Shown here: piece by piece, positions 10,834 through 24,616 of the stretch
Numbering within the stretch: the first letter of the stretch is position 1
How the letters are laid out: each line of letters begins with the position of its first letter
NCBI GenBank assembly: GCA_037447605.1
Contig: CM074818.1
Span: forward strand, 1,748,617-1,812,616
Origin: Zygnema circumcarinatum SAG 698-1b
Taxonomy: Eukaryota > Plantae > Zygnematophyceae
Direction: 5' to 3'
Length of the DNA: 64,000 bases
Notes under the pieces: generated by a model
The model's input: only the letters and a program-made list of their open reading frames with translations
The model's database searches: none
What the model was told of the DNA's origin: nothing
Translations under genes and position numbers: made by a program

Positions 10834-13800
10834 GGCGGCCAAGAGGGCGAGAGGGAAGGGAGAGTCGGAGTGGTGTCGAGCGAGGGAGGGAGGGCGAGAG
10901 AGGGAGTGAGAGAGAGGGAGAACGGATCTCTGAGCTCCCTCCCACTCTCCCGTCGGAGCCCGCCCGCACGTGCGAAAGCTGTGGCGGAATCCAGCGGAGC
11001 AATGTCAAGTCCTTCCGTAATGTACGGAAAGAGTGTCCGTACGACACGGACACTCTCTAGGAGAGTGCATGTGGTCATGTTGGAGATGGTGCCGATACTT
11101 TTTGTAACGAGGGAAAAACTGTACGGTGGAATGGAACAATGTCAGGCAATGTGTGGAAGTATGAATTGCAAGAGGCCAACAACAGCAACAAATGTAACAC
11201 TTCTACGAACATGACTATTGCACTATTATACTATTGTAGATCCATTAGCCTTATTACCCCTTTGCATCCGTCTTTCCTCTTGGGAGGGACCTAATGGGCA
11301 CGTGTTGCATTGCGAACATGGTTCACACTCTTTCAAGTACCATAGTTCCTTCTTAAACCAGCTGAAGATTAGAATCAATTAGCCAATCATAACACGACGC
11401 ATGCATGTTTGTAACATGTTTCTAAAGCATCCAACATGCTAGAGGATTGGGATTCAGTTGTGGGACCATGAAGCTTCATGGCTCAACAGCAACAACAACA
11501 CGGCTTCGGACTGCTCCATGTCACATAGTTAAACGGCGTGCGTGTAGTCATCTTTCACGGAACTGGAAGTGCACATAGCTCCGGTCCCTTCAAGCATGCA
11601 ACTTCTGAGCTCCCTGAGATTCAAAAATTGGTCGTCCAACTGCTTATATGAAAATTTGCAGCCAAAATGAAAAAGAAGCTTATGCAAGAATGAAAAGATA
11701 TTCTGAGAATTGCTTTTAAAAATACGACAGAAGAAGAATGATTGTTTTGTCATATTTCAGCAAAGGTATCCAAAAAACAGACCCTGATGCGTTGGTTCAG
11801 CTTCTTTTTCCTTCTGTTGAGAAAAAAAAACCTTCACAGGTTTGCAGGAATGATCCAACGCCAAAAAGTTAAGATCCTGAACGTGTCCCAAGCTACATCA
11901 ACAACGCTGATGGCAAAAAAGAGAGCAGGACCTGCTCTCAGAAGCGAGCGATTTCATGATGCGATTCAGCGATAGCGGCAGGAGTAGCCTGAGCTGAGTT
12001 TTCACTTGCATTGCTGAATGAGAAACCTTCCTTTGTATCGTCCGGAGAAAAGCCCTTACCGGCCTGGTGATCCAACAGATTGGCAGCCATGGATTTATCA
12101 TCCTGCATGCAACCGTGAATATTGAGCTTAACATGAAAAGCAAACCTTTTCCTTTCTGGCAGACTTCAATGTTCGTACTTAAACGATTTGCACGTCTCAC
12201 TTGCATGTAATTTCAACATTCAGAGTTTGAACTACAACGCGCTTCACTGCTGCAAGCAAAATTTCTTTCAAAGCAAATGCTTCAACATCTGGACCACCAA
12301 AGGGACTGCAGGCGAAAATGAGTAACTGAAACTAACAAGAAATACAGTTGGTTTGCACGCTCCGCCGCTGCCCTCTGACGAGGACGCTCCTTTCTTGTGC
12401 CCTTGTGCATGCTCCTGTGAGCTCATGGCTGCTTCAGTTCTCACTCTACTCCTGAAACCATTCAAGAAAATAATACTTAAAGAAACTCTGAGAGGAAAAG
12501 CCATTTCCTACACTGCTTGATACTATAACAGGCACAAACTATAGAGTTTGGGAAGCATCAAGCATCCATAATCCTAGAGCAGACAGTGTGTGTCCTGACA
12601 CAGAATAAGTATATATGTCTTTTTCCTGGCGGTAATAAGATTACATAAGGAGACTCCAAAAGACACGTTGGCTAAAATAGAATAAAGACATGTTATCGAT
12701 GAAACTGGAACAAATTTTAAGGGAAATATGCAGTTACGTGAACAACGAGCTCAATCCTTGTTTTCTTGTTCGTTTTTTCTGAACGATATGCGGCTGGTTT
12801 TCAAAACTGTCAATATGTACTCAAGTCACTTCCGTATGAGGCATAGGTATTTAGAAGTACCTCATTTTTTTCGCATTAAATTTGATTCTGTGTACATGCA
12901 CCATCAGAGTCACCTCTCTCGCCCTCCCTACCTCTCCCCCTCTCTCACATTCTCACTCCCTCTCTCTCCCTCCCTCCGTTTTTTCCTCACCTTCAAAACC
13001 TGCCGCCAGATTTTTTTAAACACAACTCCTGCTCACCCTTGCATGTACGCAGGAGTCAAAAAGTGTTCCAGAAACTTTCTATCGTCGAAGAGAGGAGAGC
13101 GAGAGGAGCAGGCAGCCGTGCTTGAACTTCAAACCAAGTCCTCGTGTGACAACGGACAAGTATCCCTCCCGCAGACAACAAAGGACATCAGAACCAACAT
13201 CCGACGGACGCTTTCCAGAAGCTTGCAAGATGCAAGGAACCGCCGTTAACAAAAATGAGGGACGGCCACCTCCTTACCGAAGGACCCGTGGGACGGTGTA
13301 ACCCTTTGAAAGGGACCGTTATTACACGAGGGAATGCTTTCCTTCATAAATCCATTGCAACCTTTCCTCTCTCTCTTGCGTATGGAGTGTTGAGTTGGGC
13401 CCCTCTGGATGCACGTCCATTCACTTGACTTTTAGGGTTTTCAGGGTCTCTTAAGTCGTGAATTCGTAAAAGTTCCAATGAGCGGAACAATATGGCAGTG
13501 AGGTTTCTTGGAACTTGGTCTACAGCAGGGGGAGAAGGTCCTCTCCCTTGGCAGCCATGGTTGGCAGCTCCTCCGCCATTTTATCTCTCCCCTCCACTGG
13601 AGCGGAACAAGCTATTGTCGGTGTAAAGGAGCGATTGAAAATTTGCTTGAAGATTTCATTCTCTATTTTATTAGCATGTGTTATATATTTGCGAATATTT
13701 CTGCGCTGTACTACACTCAATACTGAATGTTTTATGTTGTTGGAGTAGGAATACCTTGTGAGGCCTCGAGCATGGCAGCAGAGGGGCAAAAGAAGGGCTC

Positions 13801-14466
13801 CTCCATGAAAGTTGGCCCTCCATGTGCTTAGGGCGTTTAGGGTTTGCGCGTCCCACTTTAGAGATGGAAATGAGTTTAAGAAGCGGAGGCAATGAAGGTG
13901 TGCTCGTGAGGGCTGACGTGACAACACTCACAGCTCCCTCTCTCTCTCTCTCTCTCTCTCGCCCCTTCTCTCTTTCTCTCTCTATCGCTCTCCCCCCCCC
14001 ACCATTTATCACTCTTTCTCACTCTCTCTGTGCATGGATGCAGCTTCCGCGTCTCCCTTCATGTATTTCCACTGTGCTTGCAAACTCACTCAGCACGTTA
14101 CTCTCTCTCTCTCTCTCCCTCTCTCTCTCTCTCTCTTACTGTACATACTAAGCAGCCCACAAAGAGACACCTAGAAGTTCAGTCCAAAGACGACTGACAA
14201 CCACACAAATCAGAATGAGAGGACATGCAAACCAGACAGGGTACCAAAGGCGCTACAATCCGTTCACCCCTCCTCTCTCCTCGCACCTCCCTCCTCCCCC
14301 CTTTCCTCCCCTGACTTCTCCTCCCATCCCCCCTCCTTCCTTTAAACCTCCTCCTCCACCCTCTCCCCCCTCCTGCCTCCTCCTCCCACCTCCTCCACCT
14401 TTTCTCCTCCTCCAACCTCCTCTTCCTCCTTCCCCACCTCCTTTTGTTCCCTCGTCCCTTTCCGTT

Positions 14467-16029
14467 TCACGTCCCAAGCCCTCCTGCTGAACCCTGCTTC
14501 ACCCGGAGCACATACAAGTCTACCCCTTCAAAGGCCTTATCAGGGTCCAGCTTCTCCCTCGGAACTTGCTGAATATCAAACGCCTTCGGGAGGGCTTCCC
14601 AAAACAGGGCATGAGCTTCTTCCTGCCGCATTTTATACCCCAATAGAATCAAAGTCTCTGAGTTTGAAAGCGCGAGCATAGTCGCAATCAAAGGGTCAAC
14701 GATTTCTTCTAAGTACACGACGTCGGTTGCGACTACAATGTCATAGGGAGGCTTCATAGCCTCTATGTGCTTCACATTGCCCCAATACAACTGAGCTACT
14801 TTCACCTTGCCAACGAGCTCATTGGGTCTCCTACTGGAAGCTATGCTTGTTATATTGCGCTTCACGTTTTTCTTGAGTATGGGAAGCACTGCTTGGATGT
14901 CTGTCAAGGTGACATCCGCTCCCAGCAATGCAAGACATAGACCTGCACATGGCAGCAAAAAGTCGCGGAATTAAGGCTCAGGATTGCATTTTTCGCATAT
15001 TGTATCACATGTTGATCCTGCCTTAATGGCTCTCTGAGGAACGGTCTCGAAAGCAGGAAAGGATAACTGAAGTCGACTGTGCTTGAAGAGTTGAATGCAT
15101 GCATGATACGACTTTATAAGGTCATCCTGCAACTCTGAATAGAATGAATAGAAGAAGTTACTGGCTGTCTGGAGCTATGGAGGAGTGCTCAGGATAGTTC
15201 GAATGGCATGTGCGGGAGAGGACAATGTGCTGACGTCTTATGCAGGTTCTGCAGATACCTCAAATGACATCCCACAAAGCACTCCAATAACGACTACTGA
15301 TGTCCTCTTTTCACCCTCTCACTCCCAGATTCTCCTCTCTCCCACTCCCCCCTCTATCCCCCCACTCATTCTCTCCCTCACTTTCTCTCATCCACTCCCC
15401 TCTTTCTCTCCGTCCCTCTATCACCCACGGCATTTCTCTCCCTCGTTCTCTCCCCCTCCCTCTTCCCCCCTCTCAGTCCACCCCCTCTCCCACTATCTGT
15501 CTGCACTCTCTCGCTCGCGCTCTGGAAGTACACTTGGTAAAAAAATAAAAAAAGACTCCCCTGTTCAATGAAACCAGCATTACAATTATGGACGCTGTTC
15601 AACACCACCTTGCTTCATGGATATGCCCCCCCCTCTCTCTCTCTATCGCGACCAACTAACATGGAAATCACCAAAATAACGAAACCATGAACTGTTTCCA
15701 AAACCACTTCAGCACATACCTCAACCCTAAATGAACCTCTGCTCTTTAAACGACCCAAAAAACCCCATCAAACTCATACAGAATTTTCCACCCCCACGTC
15801 AGCCCTAACCTGCAATGCCGCAGCCCGACCCGAGCTCGATGGCGCGCTTGTCTACAAATCGGAAGCCTGCCAGCTGGCCGCCTTGGCGATTCCTGTCGAG
15901 CCACGTGGCGAGCACCAGCGAGGCCTCCCACACGGTGGTCCCCACGTGCATGCTGCCGTTGTCCTGCACAAAGCGCAGGCGGTGCTGCGCGAAAGAGAGC
16001 TCCACCGCGCGGTCGGCGGAAAACCACAT
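14467..16029 (-). CDS. METTL21-like protein-lysine methyltransferase (family 16); exons 16029-15810 and 14942-14467, 231 aa
   Basis: HVGTTVWEAS, motif I KRAIELGSGCGIAGL, VTLTD, LYWG and DIVVATDVVY. Phase-1 GT-AG intron. Confidence 0.92.
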
Positions 16030-17790
16030 ACCGGCGGGCAAGGCGCGGGGAGCTGCAGGCAGAGGGGGAGGGGAGGAGGGGGAGGGGGAGAGAGGGAGAG
16101 GGAGGGAGGGAGAGGGGGGAGAGGGAGCGAGAGGGGGGAGAGGGAGCAAGGGAGAGCGGGAGAGGGGGAGAGGGATAGGAGAGAAGAGGGAACGGACGGG
16201 AAAAGTAAGAGGAATAGGGAGTCTGTACAGTAAACAATTGCCAGGTGCCATACACGTGGCAAATTCTAGTTGGAGGATACTTGGCAGTACGGTAGGTTCC
16301 GTGTTGTGCACACGTGGCAAATCGTGGTTGGAAGCTGAGGCTAAGCGAGGGCAGGCGCGTACGGACAGTATCGAAAGGTATATCGTCATGTAATGTCCTA
16401 TCGTATCGTGCATATTGCGACCATATCGAGATACCACCGTATCAGGACGCGTTCCATGGAAGCCAGTTTCGTGGTAGTTCCCCTGCAAACTGGTAAGCAT
16501 AGGCAGTTTCTCCACCAAACGCGCCGACAATGTGGTTCCATGCCACTTCATTCGCTAGCGGTTGAGCGTTGATCTCACGGTAGAGAGCGAGGCCAGGAAA
16601 TGTGCATGGACATAGACAACTCGTTGTTGAACAAATGTGAACCTCTCATGATGGCCGACAAAGGAAGTGGCATTGGTCTCGCGATGGCGATGATGTCATC
16701 AAATGTACGTGTACAAAATCAGCATGGAGAACCACGAGGAACTCGTCGCGAAGGACCTAAGCACAAAAGAACAAAGTGGAAAGCTACGCCCAGGCTCAAC
16801 AACGCTTCAAGCCCTCCCTAGAGCAGCCGCCAAGGTCGCCGATGTGCGGCACATCAAGAAAAAAGGCTTTTGAGCTATAGGGGGGGGGCATTATCCGGCA
16901 GCTTAGTATGGTTTTAGGGTATTTGGGGTTTTCTAAGGGTGGCAAAATGGCTCATCCTCAGGCCATGAGGCCATGAACGCAAGTTTGGTTCTGGGCCCAA
17001 CAACACCACACGACACGGCCGCAGGGGCGGCTCCAGGGAAAAGAGGTTTGGCAGTACGACAAACCCGACTTGCTGGCTTACCTGAAGTCAAACCAGTTAT
17101 GGTCAACGGCAAACGTCGTCTAGGTCATTCCAATGATTAGAATTTTGGCGCGCGGCGGAAGCCAAGCACCGACATACCATGGGTGACGCTAAATCAACGT
17201 TAGAACGACTCCAGCTGTTGAACCAATCATCACGCCTGGCAACGACAAATATCCGTACGATATATCCGCCCCATGCCGTCCTACCACTGTACGGTAACCA
17301 GCCAGACGAGCCGGCGCCGGTGACCGACAGGACTGCTGGCCGGCCACTCGCAATCAGCGCCGGGCGGCGCGACGTGGGGTTCGTTCTATGCCGCGCAGGT
17401 CCGTTGAACTTCCAACGGCCGCGTTCCGTCGCCGGCAACTGCCACCGCACTGTTATTGGAAACTTTATTAGCGTGTTTCGGCGTTGCATTCGGCGCGCTT
17501 CGAAAGGGAAAGGGCCGGCGGCCATGCAGAGGCGCGAGTGCAGGCCGAGGGATGGGATGTGACGACCGCTTGAGGGTGACCCAAAGCTGTATATTCAGGG
17601 AGAGTGGAAGTTACCGCAATTTATGAGCTCCAAAGTCTCGCTCTCCTTCCCCTCCTTTCATCACAGAGAGGTTCTCCCTACCCGATACTCTTCTCTCACG
17701 CGGTCACGCCCTCTGTCCAGCCTCCACACTTGCACCAGCTCTCTCTCTCTTCTGAAGGAAACTCCCTATTCCTCCTACTAAGAATTCAAC

Positions 17791-20700
17791 ATGTCAGCCC
17801 TAGCAAGAATCCCTGTAAACATTTCGACAGCGCTTCTCGGCCTCCTCCCATGCTCGGCCCCACGGAACAAGAGCAATCCCAAGGTCTATGCGTCAGGCGC
17901 TGTGGAGAGCACGGGGCTCTCTCAGGAAGTTGAAAGCAAGTACTCGCGCAAGGACAACGCCGTGTTCCTGAACTTGGTGACGGAGAAGAGCCCGAAGCTT
18001 TTTCTGCTGCTCAAGGACCGCCAGGCGGAGTTTCAGACGAAGGTGGCGGACCTCTTTCCGTAAGTGGACGTTCCTCTTCCTTTTCTAACGCTGTTATATT
18101 CTCTTCACCGTCAATAATCTTGCTGAAATTCCCGAGGTCTCTCCCTCTCCATATCTCTCTCCGTATTTCTCATGCCATGCTCTCTTACTCGTCTTGGTCT
18201 CCTCCTTCGTTTCCGAAATCTGCTGGAATTTCTTCCCTCCCTCGATTATTCCTCTGCCTTGTCCGTCCTGTCTTTTTCGAAAGATGCTCCACTTCATTCC
18301 CCCTTTTCCCGCTTTCCTCTCTTCTTGCCAGCTCCCCTCTTCCCAACACTTTCACCCAATCCTTCTCACTTCCCTTCTCTCTCCTCAACTACTTTCTCTT
18401 TTCCACCCACTCCTCTCGCTTCCGCCCCTCCTAACTTCCTCTCTCACTTCCATCTCTTTCTTCACCCTCCCACCTCCTCAAGCACTACCTCCCTCTCCCT
18501 TCCCCCCCCCCCCCTCCCTCTCCCCCTCTCCAGCGCCTCCGTGGAGGGTGCGAAGATCGACGCGGCGGTGCAGGAGCTGTACCGCTACCTCCAAAGCGTG
18601 CCGGCGGCGAAGGCCACCGCGGAGGCGCTCATGGCCGAGGCCGCGAAGGCGCCCGGGGACGACTCCATCGCCGACGACCTCACCATGGCGCGCCTCGCAG
18701 CCACCTTGACGATCCGCATTGCCAGCGGCCCATCCGCCCTGTCTCACAACTTTGGTAGGATTCATAGAATGGGCCTGATGAGTGAGGAGAAGCACGAGGT
18801 AGTCTGAGAAACGCGCTTGGTTGAACCTCTCGCCCGCATGGAGAAAAACTTTACTTGTGTAATCTTCAGATCCTACTGACTTTGATCCTTTGACCTCCAT
18901 CTTTTTCACGATTTTTTGCAGATAAGAACTTTGTGACTCTGCCAATTTTCGTGGCCACTGATCGTAATGTTTTAACAACGGCAGAAGGTGTTGGATCCGT
19001 GTGGGGCACCACGAGAGGGACGGAGGTCACTTTTGGAGAAGTGAGAGTGAGCCTCCCTAACGCCTTCACTTACGGCAGCACGAAGGGTGGCTCCTGGACT
19101 TACTCGGATACCCGAGAGGGTGCGGACCCGACTGAAATCGTCATTGAATCGTCCGAGCTCATGCAGGTTAGGACGCTGAACATAAACTTAGAAAATGGCC
19201 TAGATTTTACCTTTATGACAGTATTTTATTGAGACAGAATTAGATGTCATCATCTGACTCCCTCTTTCTCTCCCCCTTTGCCCTGTGTCTCTCGCTCTCG
19301 CTCTCTCACTCTCACTCTCACTCTCGCTCTCTTTTTCTCTCCCTCTAGCTTTCTTGGATATTGATTTTTGTTTTCTAGATTTCTCTATTTCTAGGAGGAT
19401 GGGTGGGTCGCCCAATTGAAGGCAATCAGAGCAGAAGTGAGTGAGAATGAGGCGGTGGTGTTCGTGCATGGCTACGATGCAACTATTCTCGATGCCTGCG
19501 AGGCTGCAGCGCAGGTTACCTTGCTCTGTCCCTTCCCACCCAATTCAATAAAAATGACGGACTGAAAGGTCATTTCGTTTGTGAAGCACGAGGTCGTGTT
19601 GCCTTGGGAATCAAAATTTCAGCGTAAGGAGGTCCTTTTGTTTGTTTCTTTCCTTCTCCTTTCTCACTTCTCTCTCTGACTTGTTAAACTTTTCTCACTC
19701 ACCCACTGGCTAAGAGCTATGAGCACCATGTTGAGTTATGGGCACCATGTTGCCAGATTGTGTACTCCGGAAACTTCCAGGCTCCTTCCTTCGTGTTCAG
19801 TTGGCCATCCAGTGCGAGCCTTGCGGCGTATACAGTGGACGAGACCAATGTGATGTGGGCCCTCCAAGACTTCATGAATACGCTCACGTAAGTGAAATCA
19901 TACATATTAAAACGGAGGCATTGATAAGTTCAATCTTACAAACAGTCAAATGTTGATCACATTAAAGTTTTGTGAGTTCGTTCCTCGCACGCCTCATAGG
20001 GTTCGAAATCAATTTTGAATGCAGGAAGTTAACGACTGATTTGGACATTGAGAAGGTGCACCTGTTCGGTCATAGTATGGGGAGTCTTCTCGTCCTTTAC
20101 TCCCTTCGTTTGTGGCAGAGCATGGACGCCGGTTTATCTCCCAAAATCGGCCGAGTAAGTGCTTGTTTCATAGAGTGCCGAACCCTCGTATTGCAAGTGG
20201 TCAAGGGACAGTGTACATGCCCTGCTTTCATGTTAATACAAAGTCAATAGTTATTCGAAAGCGAGCTTCTATCTATCTCCACGGACAAGTCACTAACCTC
20301 CCTCAAGCATGCCCAGACCAAAGAACGAATGACATCATTGTCTTTTTTTTAATCGTTAGACTTTACTCCATTGCAATGCAGGTCGTCCTCGCTGCTCCAG
20401 ACTTTGATCGCGGTGAATTCGTAAAATTATATCCAAGCATTGAGAATATCTATGAAGGCATGACTCTCTATTGCTCAAAAGATGACATCGCCCTCGATGC
20501 CTCGGAGTGAGTTATTCCCCGCATTCCTTGACTCCTCTCGTCGCCTTTCTCTGCAAAAGTTCTTAAACCCTCGCGGCCCAAAACCCTTAAAGCTCCTTTC
20601 AATTGACGCGCCCCCTTCCAAACCTGCACAGACTCGTCCACGGAAATCCGCGTCTTGGTGAATTCGACGGCATTGACAAAGTGGCTGCCGAGAACCAAAC

Positions 20701-21467
20701 TCCACTGCTTCATCTCGACGTCATCCAAACCTCAAGCATTGACAACACGTTCTTGGGACACAACTACGTGTTCGACGTCGCCCCCATAAGCATTGACTGC
20801 GCCATTGTGAGAAAACATGGACCCCACAACCACGCTGCGTTTTCTTCCTTCCTCCGTTTGCGGTCCAATTCCAAGAATCAATCGTCGGTCAAGTCGGTGT
20901 TATTAGGAGAGAGAGAGTGGGAGTGTGCACGAGGGAGCGGCGAGGAAAGGGTAAGGAGTGCAAGAGTGAATGATGTGAAGGACAGAGGGAGGAAAAGGGA
21001 GGGAGGGAAGGAGGGAGGGAGGGAGGGAGGGAGGGAGGGGAGGGAGGGAGGGGGAGGGAGGGAGGGAGGGAGGGAGGGAGGGAGGGGAGGGAGGGAGGGA
21101 GGGAGGGAGGGAGGGAGGGGAGGAGGGAGGGAGGGAGGGAGGGAGCGAGGGAGCGAGGGAGGGATGGAGGGAGGGAGGGAGGGAGGAAGGGAGGGAGAGG
21201 GGGCGGGGGGGAGGGGGGGCGGGAGGGAGGGAGGGAGGGAGGGAGGGAGGGATATGCACGACCCTAAGTTTCCGAGGTGTTTCTCCCTTTGGGCAGGTCC
21301 TGCGTCTGGGCCTTCCTCCCGCGGAGCGAACGAGCCTTGTGGCCCACCTTCTTCCCGACGGGCAGACCTTCTATTGGACCTTCATAGCCATGGCCGACAG
21401 CCCCGCTCAGATAGAAGAGGCGACGGCTGTGCTGCAAGATCGTGAATTTCAGACCACAATTTCTTAA
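17791..21467 (+). CDS. DUF900/COG4782 alpha/beta-hydrolase paralogue A (~528 aa); exons 17791-18059, 18534-18754, 18922-19166, 19395-19514, 19757-19887, 20025-20154, 20382-20506, 20632-20806, 21297-21467
   Basis: Motifs LPIFVATDR, FGEVRVSLP, EAVVFVHGY, FVFSWPS, HLFGHSMG, VVLAAPDFD, LYCSKDDIAL, HGNPRLG, LGHNYVF. Nine phase-consistent GT-AG exons. Transit-peptide-like N-terminus. Confidence 0.88.
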
Positions 21468-22585
21468 AGTGATCCTTCTTGTCTAAATATGACCCTCTTC
21501 AAGCGTTTTCAAATTCTCAAACCCTAGAAACCTAAAAACCCAAACCCGAAACCCTTCAAAGTAGTTGGGCTTCAAAGTGCGCATGAGCCTGAGCCTGTTC
21601 TCTGTGCCAAGCAACCACTGTTCTTTTCGCTCAGTTACGGTAATTCGTGTAATGTTCGTACGATTTACGGCGGGACTGTTCCAGTAGCGCAGTACTGGAA
21701 CTGCGCCGACAGGCACCGAACCGGCGTTGACTTGAAGCCGGCGGTCCTCCGGCGAATTTTCCGGCGTTGACCGACCAGGCCGGCAGCCCGCCTGCTCGGA
21801 TCTTTGACGGTCACTGCCGGGCACTGACGGACTCTGCGGGCACTACCGGTCACTGCCGGTCTCTGCCGACCGGTGCCGGCTTAGAATCTGTACGTATGGT
21901 ACGGCCACTTCATTTGACAGTACGAATCACAAACATTCGTTGAAGACAGAATTTTTTTGACTTGTTTAATTTGTTTTTTTTTGAGAAGCCAAAATCTCTT
22001 AAATTTCTTTTTTTCTCACCTGTTCGGCTGTACGGGAATCTGGAATCTTCCTCCAATTTGTCCCGCCAGTAAAAAGTCGACACGTGTCCGATAAGCTGTG
22101 ACCAGCAGAATCTGAATATGCAAAGCGATCTTTTTCATTTTTTATCGATGTTTCTTATTGGACGTCATCAAACATGCCTATTCAAATGTACTGCGTCATG
22201 TCTTTAGAAGCACATCCTTTTGTTCAGATGTGTAGCCTGCTTGTGATCGTGTTTCCGGCCACTACATTTTATCCCAAACATGAACATAATCCTTGCTAAG
22301 CCAAGTCATGCGTCAGCAGACATGGCATTGACGATTTTTAAAAATCCTAAAAATACCTTTCGGCCGCAAACCACATTGTGCCGTCAAACCGTAAATTTTG
22401 AGCTGCCGTAAAATTTGGTCGACCCGCGGCCGGCACCGACTTTCTGCCTCCCGCCCCGCTCTGGATTTAAGCCGCGGGCCTTCCCTCCCTCCCTCGTGCT
22501 CCCTCTCCCACTCGCTCTCCCTCTCCTCTCCCTCTCCTCCTCCCTCCCTCCGTTCTTCCCTCCTTCCCTCCCTCTCCCCTCCTCT

Positions 22586-23075
22586 CTCTCAGCAGCACTG
22601 AACACCTCTCTCCCCTGCCTCACTCGCGTCTACTAAGCACCCTCTGCCAACATTTCTCTCTCTCCCTCCCTCCCTCTTCGTCAAAAGGAGACCTCCCATT
22701 TCCTCTTCAAACCGGTTACAATGTCTGCCATTGCGCGTATCCCAGCCGCCATGGCGGCGGCGGCCTCTGTCTCCCTCCTCCCCGCCTGCCTCTCGTCCTC
22801 CCCCACCCTCCGTCTGCGGGAGGACGTGGCAGCTCTCCGCACCCCCTCCAGGCTCCATGCAGCGCCGCAGCAACATAGAAGCGTTACAGTTAACGCTTTC
22901 TGGCCCTTCACAACGACGCCTGCGTACTCGCGCAAGGACAACGCCGTGTTTGTGAGCCTCGTGACGGAGAGGAGCCCGAAGCTGTTTCTGCTGCTCAAGG
23001 ACCGCCAGGCGGAGTTTCAGAAGAAGGTGGAGAGCCTCTTCCCGTAAGTGGACGATCTTCTTTCTCCCGCTATCA

Positions 23076-23113
<38 letters not shown>

Positions 23114-24101
23114 CTCCTTCATACTTTGCCTTCCGTCCACTGTCTTCTCACTCCTCCCTGCGTCGTCTCGATCTACTTGACCTTTCATTTCTTTCCTCTC
23201 CTCTCCTCTCCCTTTCCCACTCCGTCTCATCCTCGCTCTCTTTCCGTCTCATTCTCCACGTGTTTCCATCCCTCCTTCCACTCTCTCTTCTCCTTCCCCT
23301 TCGTGCTTTCTGCCCCCATTCGCCCCCCTCTTCCTCTCCCTCATCTCCCCCCATCCGCTCCCTTTTCTCTCTCTCCCTCTCTCTCCTCTCTCTCACACCC
23401 CTTTTCCCTTCGTTCACCCCCCCACTCACTCATCCCTTCTCTCGTTTTCCCTTTCTCTCTCCTTACTCATCGTCTCCCCCCCTTCCTCCCCACATTCACT
23501 TCCCTCCCTTTTCCTCCCTCCCCCCCTATCTTCCTCTCTCACTCCCATCCCTTTCTACCCTCCCACCTCCTCAAGCACTACCTCCCTCTCCCTCCCCCCT
23601 CCCTCTCCCTCCTCTCAGCAGCACTGAACACCTCTCTCCCCTGCCTCACTCGCGTCTACTAAGCACCCTCTGCCAACATTTCTCTCTCTCCCTCCCTCCC
23701 TCTTCGTCAAAAGGAGACCTCCCATTTCCTCTTCAAACCGGTTACAATGTCTGCCATTGCGCGTATCCCAGCCGCCATGGCGGCGGCGGCCTCTGTCTCC
23801 CTCCTCCCCGCCTGCCTCTCGTCCTCCCCCACCCTCCGTCTGCGGGAGGACGTGGCAGCTCTCCGCACCCCCTCCAGGCTCCATGCAGCGCCGCAGCAAC
23901 ATAGAAGCGTTACAGTTAACGCTTTCTGGCCCTTCACAACGACGCCTGCGTACTCGCGCAAGGACAACGCCGTGTTTGTGAGCCTCGTGACGGAGAGGAG
24001 CCCGAAGCTGTTTCTGCTGCTCAAGGACCGCCAGGCGGAGTTTCAGAAGAAGGTGGAGAGCCTCTTCCCGTAAGTGGACGATCTTCTTTCTCCCGCTATC
24101 A

Positions 24102-24139
<38 letters not shown>

Positions 24140-24616
24140 CTCCTTCATACTTTGCCTTCCGTCCACTGTCTTCTCACTCCTCCCTGCGTCGTCTCGATCT
24201 ACTTGACCTTTCATTTCTTTCCTCTCCTCTCCTCTCCCTTTCCCACTCCGTCTCATCCTCGCTCTCTTTCCGTCTCATTCTCCACGTGTTTCCATCCCTC
24301 CTTCCACTCTCTCTTCTCCTTCCCCTTCGTGCTTTCTGCCCCCATTCGCCCCCCTCTTCCTCTCCCTCATCTCCCCCCATCCGCTCCCTTTTCTCTCTCT
24401 CCCTCTCTCTCCTCTCTCTCACACCCCTTTTCCCTTCGTTCACCCCCCCACTCACTCATCCCTTCTCTCGTTTTCCCTTTCTCTCTCCTTACTCATCGTC
24501 TCCCCCCCTTCCTCCCCACATTCACTTCCCTCCCTTTTCCTCCCTCCCCCCCTATCTTCCTCTCTCACTCCCATCCCTTTCTACCCTCCCACCTCCTCAA
24601 GCACTACCTCCCCTCC
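22586..24616 (+). repeat. Direct tandem duplication, period 1026 bp, covering exon 1 and most of intron 1 of paralogue B
   Basis: Identical ORF pairs at a +1026 offset (22589/23615, 22721/23747, 23048/24074). No N gap between the copies. Confidence 0.9.

Noticed and set aside
11529-12426. Small multi-exon gene on the minus strand (MSSQEHAQ..., PFGGPDVEAFALKEILL...LNVEITCK, weakly like VNIDITCK at ~1800)
   Set aside because: Weak donor sites, no consistent frame through later exons, and no recognisable family. It may still be real and needs RNA-seq.
13508-14012. Short ORFs downstream of the methyltransferase
   Set aside because: No motifs, and competing frames on both strands.
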